Assembly (NCBI GenBank): GCA_937625935.1
Contig: OW569354.1
Location: forward strand, 434,001-498,000
Direction of reading: 5' to 3'
Length of the DNA stretch: 64,000 nucleotides
From: Tetramitus jugosus
Lineage: Eukaryota > Protista > Heterolobosea
The notes under the pieces were generated by a model, which saw nothing but the letters and a program-made list of their open reading frames with translations, made no database searches and was not told the origin of the DNA. How positions within the stretch are numbered: position 1 is the first letter of the stretch; each line of letters begins with the position of its first letter. A program made the translations under genes and the position numbers. Positions 10,261 to 18,884 of this stretch are shown one piece after another.

Positions 10261-10390
10261 CAGACAAAAGTGTTCAAGGCTTAAGGATGTAGTTCGGTGA
10301 AATAAAACCCATAATAAAAAAATTATGATTTCCCGAGAAGACACATAGCAGCTTGATGGAGTGAGCCTTGGAGGTGTTCCACCATTTTGA
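10261..10390 (-). ncRNA. Putative Fanzor omegaRNA (scaffold overlapping the ORF 3' end and TIR; guide from the flank at 10280-10261)
   Basis: Nested hairpin TCGGGAAAT-CATAAT-T6-ATTATG...ATTTCACCGA ending in the transposon end. Position matches TnpB/Fanzor omegaRNAs. The 5' boundary is a guess. Confidence 0.6.
10281..10301. repeat. TTAA plus terminal inverted repeat (Fanzor-downstream end)
   Basis: ttaaggatgtagttcggtgaa; reverse complement of 13934-13954 with 2 mismatches. Confidence 0.88.
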
Positions 10391-12254
10391 TTAATTCTTT
10401 TGCGACCTTTTTCTTCCTCTTGAAGGCATCGGGACGTGACTGTCCATCCATTTCTGTTCTCAGTAGATGGAGCATGTTCTTGGCCGCATTGATGTCTCTG
10501 TTGTGAGTCACTAAACATTTAGTGGTTGCACACTGTTTAACTCCTCGGACGACAGAGACATTCAACGTTCCATTCTTGTCTATTCTCTTATGCTTGACTG
10601 GCTTCATGTGAGAATGGCAATGATGACATTTCTGACTTGTCATGAACTCGTCGATCATTTTCACTTTGAAGTGCTCATTCAACTTTTTCAATAGCTTTCC
10701 TTTTGGTGTTGGAGCATGTCCTTTGTAACAATGACCAAAACCAGCATTGCCCATCCCAATTAACATGCTTCTTCCATTTGCTCTCTTTCGAAAGTCATTC
10801 ATAACATTGGCAATCGTCTTATCTCTCATTATATAGCTATCCCAATTCAGTCTCTTCACCTTTGGGGTGCAATAAAAATTCAACAAATCATCCTCGACTT
10901 TCAATACAGAATTGATGTGTTCAAGGAACAGACCACTTGTTGGTACACCGGCCTGTTTGATTGAGTTTTGGAGTTCATCCAAGTTCTTCTCATTCATTTC
11001 GTTCCATTCTGCTTTGTATTTCAACAATCGCTTGGAGTTTTTTGAATGGTGGGACAGATGTCTATATGTTTTGTTAGACAACTCCCACTTCTTGCCATCT
11101 GAATCAACACAACTCACCAACGTAACAATACCCGGGTCAATCCCAACCAAATATTCAGCACCTTCGTTCATACTTGTTTCCTTCTTTCTCTTCTTTGCTT
11201 CTTTCTGGTCCTTGGATTCCTTTGCCTTATTGTTCTTGTGATTGCCAACGAGTTGATGTCTGAGAACAACAGAGGCCTGAATACCGTCAGTTCTGATTGA
11301 GTCGATTTGAATCTTCTTTGTTCCAACATTCAAACACTTGAGATTACACTTCAATTCAGTTGACTCCTCGCCCTTCTTTTGTCTTCCTTGTTTCTTCTGT
11401 TTAAGCATATCAACTAATTCCTTTGTGCCAATCTCCATACACCTGCACTTGAAATGAGACAAAGGAAGTAGTGCAAACGATTTCATATCATTGTTGATCA
11501 GAAATTGTTGAGCATGCCAGTAAAACTTCAGCATGTTATTGGTGTTGTTCTTCACAAATGATTCATCAATTACTTCATCAGTTTTAGCATCAACAAGTGT
11601 TCGAACCTCTCGGATCAACACAGGAATCGTCTCTATCAACTCTTTTGGAGGCAATTTGATAAAATCGTGGACAGGAGTGCTAAATGTCAACCTTCTGATA
11701 ATGTATTCAACAACCCTTCTTTGTTCTGACTTTGGAATAGATGAGTCACTGTGTAGTTGATTCATTCTGACCCTCAGATACTTCCTCAGTCTTGGTTCCA
11801 ATGTGAACTTGAGCATGTTGGAGATGTTGACATTGAGAGACCTGGCAACATAATTGATGGACGTGGCAAAACTCTGATAAATCTTTCTGAGTTTGACTAC
11901 TACATCGTCCATGTTGACAGACTCGTTGATGAGACTTAAGTTATTGTCTCTTGGTTTTGAATTGCGTCCAAACAACACAGAACCTAATCTTTGAAGAAAC
12001 ACTTGATCTAATAAAGGGATTTGATAGTCAGACTCCAAGTGCCTCAAAACGAATATGTTTATAAATCTTGTGAGTCGAAGAGCAATCCTTGTAATCTCCA
12101 GAGCTTGAGTCTGTATGATTGGTAACAGAGTTGGATGATGCAACAACAGAGACTTCAGACCGACCTTGACCACGTAATGTGATGAGTATTCATTCTTTTT
12201 GACAGTCTCTCTCTTTCTCTTTCTCTTGCCGTCCTTAGGCACGCCTCGTGGCAT
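10323..12254 (-). CDS. Fanzor1 (eukaryotic TnpB-family RNA-guided DNA endonuclease), 643 aa
   Basis: RuvC-I VGIDPG; rearranged RuvC-II IDEFMTSQKC with GN at the canonical site; Zn finger CHHC...CATTKC; RuvC-III NRDINAAKN; FALLPL, IRTDG and RPDAFKR motifs; N-terminal basic NLS KRKRKR. ATG at 12254 follows a CAA-rich leader. Confidence 0.93.
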   Translation of the reverse strand: MPRGVPKDGKRKRKRETVKKNEYSSHYVVKVGLKSLLLHHPTLLPIIQTQALEITRIALRLTRFINIFVLRHLESDYQIPLLDQVFLQRLGSVLFGRNSKPRDNNLSLINESVNMDDVVVKLRKIYQSFATSINYVARSLNVNISNMLKFTLEPRLRKYLRVRMNQLHSDSSIPKSEQRRVVEYIIRRLTFSTPVHDFIKLPPKELIETIPVLIREVRTLVDAKTDEVIDESFVKNNTNNMLKFYWHAQQFLINNDMKSFALLPLSHFKCRCMEIGTKELVDMLKQKKQGRQKKGEESTELKCNLKCLNVGTKKIQIDSIRTDGIQASVVLRHQLVGNHKNNKAKESKDQKEAKKRKKETSMNEGAEYLVGIDPGIVTLVSCVDSDGKKWELSNKTYRHLSHHSKNSKRLLKYKAEWNEMNEKNLDELQNSIKQAGVPTSGLFLEHINSVLKVEDDLLNFYCTPKVKRLNWDSYIMRDKTIANVMNDFRKRANGRSMLIGMGNAGFGHCYKGHAPTPKGKLLKKLNEHFKVKMIDEFMTSQKCHHCHSHMKPVKHKRIDKNGTLNVSVVRGVKQCATTKCLVTHNRDINAAKNMLHLLRTEMDGQSRPDAFKRKKKVAKELIKMVEHLQGSLHQAAMCLLGKS

Positions 12255-12588
12255 AATGTTTTTGTATTTGTTGTGTGGCGTATTTGTTGTGTGAGTTGAA
12301 TCAAACAGCGAAAAAGACAACGCTTTTTAAACCGAGGTAGATGGCCGTTGTCGTTGTAAAGACAGTCTCAACGGAAATTTTTACAACTGCACCAATTCCG
12401 CAGCTTAGAGGAAACTGATACAACATTTATTGTATTTTTTTATAATATATCCACCTATCTATCCAATCTTGAACCAAACGAAAGACAACGAAAAACTTTC
12501 TCTCTGACACGACAACAACAACAACGAAAAACACAAGTCGCACAACGAACATCAACAACAACAACAACAACCAAATCAATCAAAAAAG
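12255..12588. promoter_or_regulatory. Putative bidirectional promoter inside the transposon
   Basis: AT-rich core (12425-12450) with CAA-rich leaders pointing outward on both strands, to ATGs at 12254 (-) and 12589 (+). Confidence 0.35.
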
Positions 12589-12610
12589 ATGGAGAGTCGA
12601 CAAGAGGTGT

Positions 12611-13258
12611 CTATTTGCAGTGTGCATTGTAGATTCTCTGAGCAAGTTTCAAGTAGGAGAATACAAGCGGTACCAATGTGTATTGAATTCTCTTGACACC
12701 ACCCTGACCAAAGTGCTTTCTGGCTGCGGCCAAAACTTTAAACAATTGATCAGTATCGCTATTATCAAACAAATGAACCAATCTGGCAATCAAGTTCTGT
12801 TCTTCTTCGAAATCTTCGAGCAATGTTGCAGCTATTGGTGAGTCGTCAGAAGGTGAGAATGTTGTTTGGTCTTCCTCATCCTTCAACAGTGGACGAATCA
12901 AATCAAACAGTTTGTTCACTTGTTCAAATGTTGAAATCTTGTGTCCATTGTCAAGTGCGCATCTCACAATGCTCAGTGCAATAAACTTTCTCTGTTCATA
13001 TCCAAGAGAATGAATAATATCACCATACTTCTCCAACTTCAAAACTGTTAGCACATTGTTGTATGACTCGAGTGGCACCAACAACAATCGCTTCAACATC
13101 TCTACAATTTCATCTGAAGCAAGTGCAGTGCTATTCAATTGACTAGCAATGTTATTAATAATCTTGTTGACATAGTCAGTGTTATCAGGATATGTTTGAA
13201 GAGCAAGTGTCATCAATGAGATCTGAATACTCAAGTTATCGGACAATTCAACACCTCT
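12611..13258 (-). pseudogene. VPS35: Captured internal fragment of retromer subunit VPS35
   Basis: ALQTYPDNTDYVNKI, EDFEEEQNLIARLVHLF and ARKHFGQGGVKRIQYTLVPLVF match central VPS35. N- and C-terminal parts are absent; an intron-like remnant precedes it (13307-13259). Confidence 0.85.
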
Positions 13259-13379
13259 CTAATGGTATCAATAGGACAGAATTTGACAAACGTCAGAAAA
13301 CTCATACTCATCATCAGGTCACTCGCATTCACGATGTCCTTCAGAGTGTTTGTTTTCTGTTTTTTGCAAGTTTTTTTTG

Positions 13380-13721
13380 ATGAAAAAAATCAATGAACAA
13401 ATGGGAAAACAAGGAAAAGGCGCCAAAAGAAGACATAACCAACACCAACAATTGGTAAAGTTTGGAGTCAAAAGAAAAGTAAGAATAACCGATATACATA
13501 TTGATTTATTTGTGTATCTAGTTGGTTCGTTCCTTGGTGTAGAAGATGTGTTGAATTTGGTATTGACGTGTCGGGATTTTCGATCTTCGATGGTCAATAA
13601 TCTATCAACAATAAGGTCTTATATGGACAATTTGTACTCACACTGTTTGGCCGTTTGCAAGTCAGGCTTACCGTGCAAATTGCAAAGGAAATTTTTTGTG
13701 CCTGTTTTGATTGCTTGTTGA
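13380..13721 (+). pseudogene. F-box-like ORF with Cys-rich motif, decayed downstream
   Basis: ITDIHIDLFVYLVGSFLGVEDVLNLVLTCRDFR fits the F-box pattern; CLAVCKSGLPC follows; frameshift-like continuation after a T-run. Confidence 0.5.
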
Positions 13722-13933
13722 ATCAACCAGTACTTGACCGCATCCTGGGCAGAACCATGAGGCAGTATTCATTATAATACTCTTGGCTGAGACGGAACCA
13801 CAGCCGGAACAGAACCATTGATGAGATGTGGCAACCATGATCGTAAGCTTGTGTTTGTGATTGGGTGTCGTGCACCTGTTTTTTTGGGCAGTCTGGAAAT
13901 TTATAGGTAGAGTTCTGAATTTATACGTTGAGG

Positions 13934-13954
13934 TCCAACGAACTACATCCTTAA
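13934..13954. repeat. Terminal inverted repeat plus TTAA (Fanzor-upstream end)
   Basis: tccaacgaactacatccttaa. Confidence 0.88.
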
Positions 13955-14081
13955 AAAAATGGGGGCTGCTAAATCTGCAGCGAGGTAATTGTTGTTGGCA
14001 TTCGATTCAACAACAGCAGGGGCTTTGGGAGAGAGAGACACTCGATAGGGAAGCTTAACATCATTGCACCATGTTGCGGTG

Positions 14082-14777
14082 TTATGTTGGAATGACCATT
14101 TGATGTCTTTTGGCATACATGATCTTGACATATCTGTAAATGGCAAACACTGCATAGGTAACAAACATGATTCCCAAGAAGACACCAGAAATAACATTGG
14201 CAGCAATCAATCCAGGCAACACAATACTTGCACCAGCCAAATAGGAAGTAAAAATGATCTCCACAATCACGAGTGGCACATAACACACTGCAATAATCAG
14301 TGAGAGCAATGCCTGGAAGAAGCCATACACTTGAGCCTTTGCCAACTCGGTCTGATCATCTGCCTTGGCCAACTTGTAACTCTTTTTGGCGAGAAGAGCA
14401 GTAGCGAGACCGAGTGAGCACAACACTACGATATAGAATGCGTAGATGCACATGAGAACGGCTTGGAATGCGACATAAATCTTTCCCCAGTTGACTCTAG
14501 GTGGCTTTGTCTGCTTTTGATCATAGTCACGTGCCCAACGAACCGTACTGTTCATTCCAATGCAACTAAAGATGAATAGAACGATAGAGTAGAGCAACAG
14601 GACGACAACTGCAACGATCAGAGCAATTGTGAGAATCTTGGTACCAATGTTGAGCACTGCAACGGCTCTCGAGTTGGTATGAGCAATGTTTCGATCGAAA
14701 CTGACAGTGTCTCCAGCTTTGACATAATCCTTTTTGCCTCCCTTCTTTCCTACTTTGGGTAACTTGAATTTGACCAT
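14082..14777 (-). CDS. Four-TM membrane protein of unknown function
   Basis: 231-aa ORF with 4 hydrophobic segments and a CAA-rich leader; 3' end uncertain. Confidence 0.75.
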   Translation of the reverse strand: MVKFKLPKVGKKGGKKDYVKAGDTVSFDRNIAHTNSRAVAVLNIGTKILTIALIVAVVVLLLYSIVLFIFSCIGMNSTVRWARDYDQKQTKPPRVNWGKIYVAFQAVLMCIYAFYIVVLCSLGLATALLAKKSYKLAKADDQTELAKAQVYGFFQALLSLIIAVCYVPLVIVEIIFTSYLAGASIVLPGLIAANVISGVFLGIMFVTYAVFAIYRYVKIMYAKRHQMVIPT

Positions 14778-15325
14778 GGTTGTCTATGTAGTTGTATGTG
14801 ATCTTGTTTTTGTTGTTGTTGTTGGTGTTTGTTAGTTGTTAACTTTCTCTGAGAAGCTTTGGCTCACAAAATAGAATGAGTGGTGGTCACAGAGAGATGA
14901 GCGAGGGGTGTTATAAGGAATGTGGATTGCTTTTTATAAGGTCTTTGGCAGCGAATTTTAAAGCTGAAACGCCTCTATTATAAGGGAACCAGAAAATCAG
15001 GATTCGCCTGTGAGGTGTTTATTTGCGAATGGCATTTTGGTATCCTCAGGATTCGAAAAAAGATATCAAATGTCAGATTGGTAAATCCTCGGATGGGTCA
15101 TTTTATTCCCTCAAAACTCCGTTCGCGGTTACAGTAAACCAGTCGGAATTGTAGCTCGGAGAAAAGGTTGTGAACTTTTAGTTCTTCACTTCTTGTGGAG
15201 AATTTGTTTTATCTGATAGAGTTTTTGTTCTTGAGGAATGAACCTTTCACGTGACAACGAACTGGATAATAAGATAATATTATTTTTAGAGAAGACCAGA
15301 AATCGACCAAAAAGAAAACCAACAC

Positions 15326-16723
15326 ATGACAAACAAGCGTCAGCACAACGAGGAACACAACTTTCTGAGTCGTTTCTTCCAATGGTTCATTACATTTTGC
15401 ATCCACATCTTTTACAGACACATTAGTGTCAGAGGATCGGACAATGTACCCCTGGATATGCCTGTTGTCTTTGCTGGGAATCATGCCAATGGTCTCATTG
15501 ACCCTCTGATTGTCTATGTGACCAACAAGAAACGATTAATTCGTCCTGTAGCTGCTGCCTACCTCTTCCAATTGCCTGTTGTTGGATATGTGATGCGACA
15601 TGCACTTCATGCCATTCCTGTTGTCCGTCGAAATGACACTGTCGATCACCCAGAGTCAATTGGCGACGCGGCAAAGGAGTTGAGCAGCACCAGTGACAAC
15701 AAGAATGAAAATGTGCGACAGCAAAAAAATCAAGGATCACTCGATGCGATGGCTCACGTGTTGACTCAGGGCGATTGTTTCTGCATTTTCCCTGAGGGAA
15801 CATCTCACAATTCAACAGAGCTTTTGGAGTTGAAAACAGGGTTTGCTAGAGCTTGTCAAATTGCCTTGAAGGAGAGACCATCGATGCAGGTGGCTATTGT
15901 GCCAGTTGGATTGAACTATGAGGCAAAAAATCGTTTCAGGAGCGATATTTTTGTTGAATTTGGTCAACCGATTATCCTATCCAAGGAGTATATCGATAGT
16001 TTTTCATCGAGTGAAGCCATGATTCATCAATTGACTCGCGAACTAAAAACAAGACTAGAGAATGTGATTATTCATGCACCAAACAAGGAAGTGCTCAATG
16101 GAGCTCATCTAGCTCGAATGATGCTGTACAAGAAGGAGGATTTGGATCAGATGACACAAGAGGAATACATTGACAAAACAAAGGAGATTATCAACGTACT
16201 GAAAAAGGATGATCCAAGTAGTCGAGAACTTTGCAAGAATCTATCAACGTTTCAAACACACTTAGACATTCTGGGATTGACGTACAAGGAGATGAGACAG
16301 GGAACGACATCATTGATTTTATCGCTCATTGTCAGTATTCTTTCGATGCCATTGTCGTTGCCTGGTGCCTTATATCATGCCCCAATCGGTCTAATTGCGA
16401 GTTACTTGGGACAAAAGGTAGCAAAAGGTTATGAAGATCAGCAAGCTCACTACAAGGTGATGATTACACTACTGCTACTACCTATTGTTTATATACTGAC
16501 ACTTGGATTACTATGGATGAAGTATGGACTCGGGACGTCGTTACTTACAATGGTTCTGCTTGTCGCGTCTGTTTATTTGGCAATTATTGTGCGGCCGTTG
16601 GGCTACTCAATTCAATTCTTGAGAACATTCCCACGATTGATTACATACAACAAGGATGCACTGCAGCGCGAACATAACCAACTTCGTGAGAAGTTAGTGT
16701 CATTGCTCGCGTCTAATCAATAA
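15326..16723 (+). CDS. Glycerol-3-phosphate/lysophospholipid acyltransferase (PlsC superfamily)
   Basis: NHANGLID (HX4D), FPEGTSH, IVPVGLNY; C-terminal TM helices. Confidence 0.9.
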   Translation: MTNKRQHNEEHNFLSRFFQWFITFCIHIFYRHISVRGSDNVPLDMPVVFAGNHANGLIDPLIVYVTNKKRLIRPVAAAYLFQLPVVGYVMRHALHAIPVVRRNDTVDHPESIGDAAKELSSTSDNKNENVRQQKNQGSLDAMAHVLTQGDCFCIFPEGTSHNSTELLELKTGFARACQIALKERPSMQVAIVPVGLNYEAKNRFRSDIFVEFGQPIILSKEYIDSFSSSEAMIHQLTRELKTRLENVIIHAPNKEVLNGAHLARMMLYKKEDLDQMTQEEYIDKTKEIINVLKKDDPSSRELCKNLSTFQTHLDILGLTYKEMRQGTTSLILSLIVSILSMPLSLPGALYHAPIGLIASYLGQKVAKGYEDQQAHYKVMITLLLLPIVYILTLGLLWMKYGLGTSLLTMVLLVASVYLAIIVRPLGYSIQFLRTFPRLITYNKDALQREHNQLREKLVSLLASNQ

Positions 16724-16859
16724 TTTGTAAATGATTCACAATTTATTTATTGTACATTCAGTCTTCAAAATGACACGAATTTGCTTCGATTCACTTTTCT
16801 CGATCTGAATCTCTTATGATTTGAGAAAGATAGGCCTATCCTTTGGTTCATTTAGGATC

Positions 16860-18638
16860 CTACCATTTGTCCCTATTGTTAAATTGCTGGATACCTGTAC
16901 CATCGTACGAAGTCTGCATCACCTTAACTGCTGCATTAAACACCTTGAGAAATTCTGGAACATCAATTTTGGTAAACAAATTGGCCGAATTATGATTCTC
17001 TTGATGAACATTCATAAAAGGTAAATAGGTCTTCTTCGTTAAGCGGGCCAAGTGTCGGAAGAGGGTAGGATAGTGCTCCTTTGCGAACACTTCCAACACT
17101 ACGCTCTCTTCGGGCAACCATAACAAATGAGTCAAGCCTGCACCGTGCATACCAATCAATATATCCGTATTGGCAATCAAGTCCATTTGTTCCTTGAATG
17201 ACATGTTGGAAAAATCGACGTGAACAACATTGATTGGCACTGGAGTCTTTGTTCCATCATTACTACTTCCTTCGATCGCAAACGTTGATTGATTAATTGC
17301 GTTCACAATTTCATCTTCATTCGTTATCACTCGAACCTTGCCTCTTCTCGATGACAGTGTCACATTAATCTTATCGCGCCTGCTTCTCTTTCTCTGATAT
17401 TTGACCTTCATGTGATCCATAATGAACTTGGCGAACGAACGGAGCAAGAGACTGTCTGTGCAAGCGTTTGGATGCCATCCGTCTTTCCATATGAAATTTG
17501 AGCCACCAGGTATTCCAAACAACACATTTTCAAAACATGTAACTGCGCCTCCTGCTGCCCCACCACCACTACCATTCTTTTCATCACTCTGAGCAGCAGA
17601 AACAGGCGTATACTTCTTCTTAAACTCGCTCAATCTCATGACTGTTCCAAACGCACTCCAAACATCATAGTATGGCCCTTCAGGATCATCGTCAAACAAC
17701 ACAATGACATTGTCTCTCATTTCCTCATGCGTAATATCTTTCTTGTACAACAACAACGATTGAAACACATTGACAATATCAGAAAACGAATGAAACATGT
17801 TGGCCCAACCATCTCTCTTCATGAAAATGAAACGTTTGTTTCGTTCATAACGTTGACAAACAACCTTATTGTCACCACTCTCTTCGGCATTCATGTTCTT
17901 CATTGACATTCTGCGCATAAATTGCTCCAGATACAGTGGAAAAACATTACGACTGCTCATTCGTTGCTTGTGAGCTTCACAGTTGGCCATGAGAGCTCCC
18001 GTGGGCACTTCTGGACGAATCTGATCACCAAACATATCCATTCTCACATAGATATTCTTGGCATGACAAAAATTGTCTGGTCCGGCGTGCCTTGCCTGCG
18101 TAAACGGATGACAGGTTACCGTAGACACGGGCGTTGGCGCGTTTTCATAATTCTCCGATTTTTCCGAATTTGAATTGGCGGGAGAACAAAACACTTGGGC
18201 TGCTTTTCTCCAAGAGTCAATCAACTGGAAACCATATTCTCCATCGCATTGTTTTTGTTGATCACTACGAGAGAATTGTTCCCAGTATAGTCGTTCTTTG
18301 GCAGTCACTGAAACATTGTCTTCTCCATCTTCTTGTTTTTGTGTTTGAACACTACTCGTTGTCCTTGTGAGAGAGCTTGATTTTTGTTGTTGATTTTCAC
18401 ATTGTGTCATTTGTTGTTTGAGTTGTTGAATCAAAAGATCATCTTGTTGTTGTTGGTTGCTATTGATGATGGAGATATTGTCATTGTTGCTGTCATCTGA
18501 TGATGGCTGCCGATGGTCCCTTGTACTGCCATTGCTGCTGTTGTTGTTCTTATGGAGGAAAAACGTCATGTTCACAATGAGAACAATGACACAAAAGATG
18601 ATGATGAATCGAGTTCTGTTTAAGCTCATGGACATCAT
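16860..18638 (-). CDS. GT61 glycosyltransferase (EOGT/xylosyltransferase-like)
   Basis: Type II TM anchor; NMFHSFSD and DILIGMHGAGLTHLLWLP motifs. Confidence 0.88.
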   Translation of the reverse strand: MMSMSLNRTRFIIIFCVIVLIVNMTFFLHKNNNSSNGSTRDHRQPSSDDSNNDNISIINSNQQQQDDLLIQQLKQQMTQCENQQQKSSSLTRTTSSVQTQKQEDGEDNVSVTAKERLYWEQFSRSDQQKQCDGEYGFQLIDSWRKAAQVFCSPANSNSEKSENYENAPTPVSTVTCHPFTQARHAGPDNFCHAKNIYVRMDMFGDQIRPEVPTGALMANCEAHKQRMSSRNVFPLYLEQFMRRMSMKNMNAEESGDNKVVCQRYERNKRFIFMKRDGWANMFHSFSDIVNVFQSLLLYKKDITHEEMRDNVIVLFDDDPEGPYYDVWSAFGTVMRLSEFKKKYTPVSAAQSDEKNGSGGGAAGGAVTCFENVLFGIPGGSNFIWKDGWHPNACTDSLLLRSFAKFIMDHMKVKYQRKRSRRDKINVTLSSRRGKVRVITNEDEIVNAINQSTFAIEGSSNDGTKTPVPINVVHVDFSNMSFKEQMDLIANTDILIGMHGAGLTHLLWLPEESVVLEVFAKEHYPTLFRHLARLTKKTYLPFMNVHQENHNSANLFTKIDVPEFLKVFNAAVKVMQTSYDGTGIQQFNNRDKW

Positions 18639-18884
18639 TTTCTCTCACTTTCTCTCTCTTGTTTTCCGTTTGAGAATATCAATTTTGTTAAGTTTGTTAG
18701 CTGTTGTTTGGGTGTGGTGGAGAAAAGAGAGACCCTGTTGAAAGGTTCGTTCGCGGGATTTCTTTTGCTGCGGGGTGAATTCACGGAACGGTGAAATAAT
18801 ACTCCTTTTGGATCATACCATTTGGTGTCCATTCGAAAGAGAAAGAGTGGAGTGTTCATGCTGTGCAAAAGGGAAGTAACTCTT

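Larger units (their letters stand above)
10285..13950 (-). mobile_element. Non-autonomous Fanzor1-carrying DNA transposon with TTAA TSD and GG..CC TIRs (Kolobok-type ends)
   Basis: TTAA|GGATGTAGTTCGGTGAA at 10281-10301 is the inverted repeat of TCCAACGAACTACATCC|TTAA at 13934-13954 (16/16 perfect including TTAA, 19/21 overall). Encloses Fanzor, a VPS35 fragment and an F-box ORF; no DDE transposase seen. Confidence 0.85.

Noticed and set aside
10272-12474. Smaller Fanzor-only element bounded by GTTCAAG / CTTGAAC
   Set aside because: Only a 7-bp perfect match with gapped extension and no exact TSD. The 16-bp perfect TTAA-anchored repeat at 13939-13954 is much stronger.
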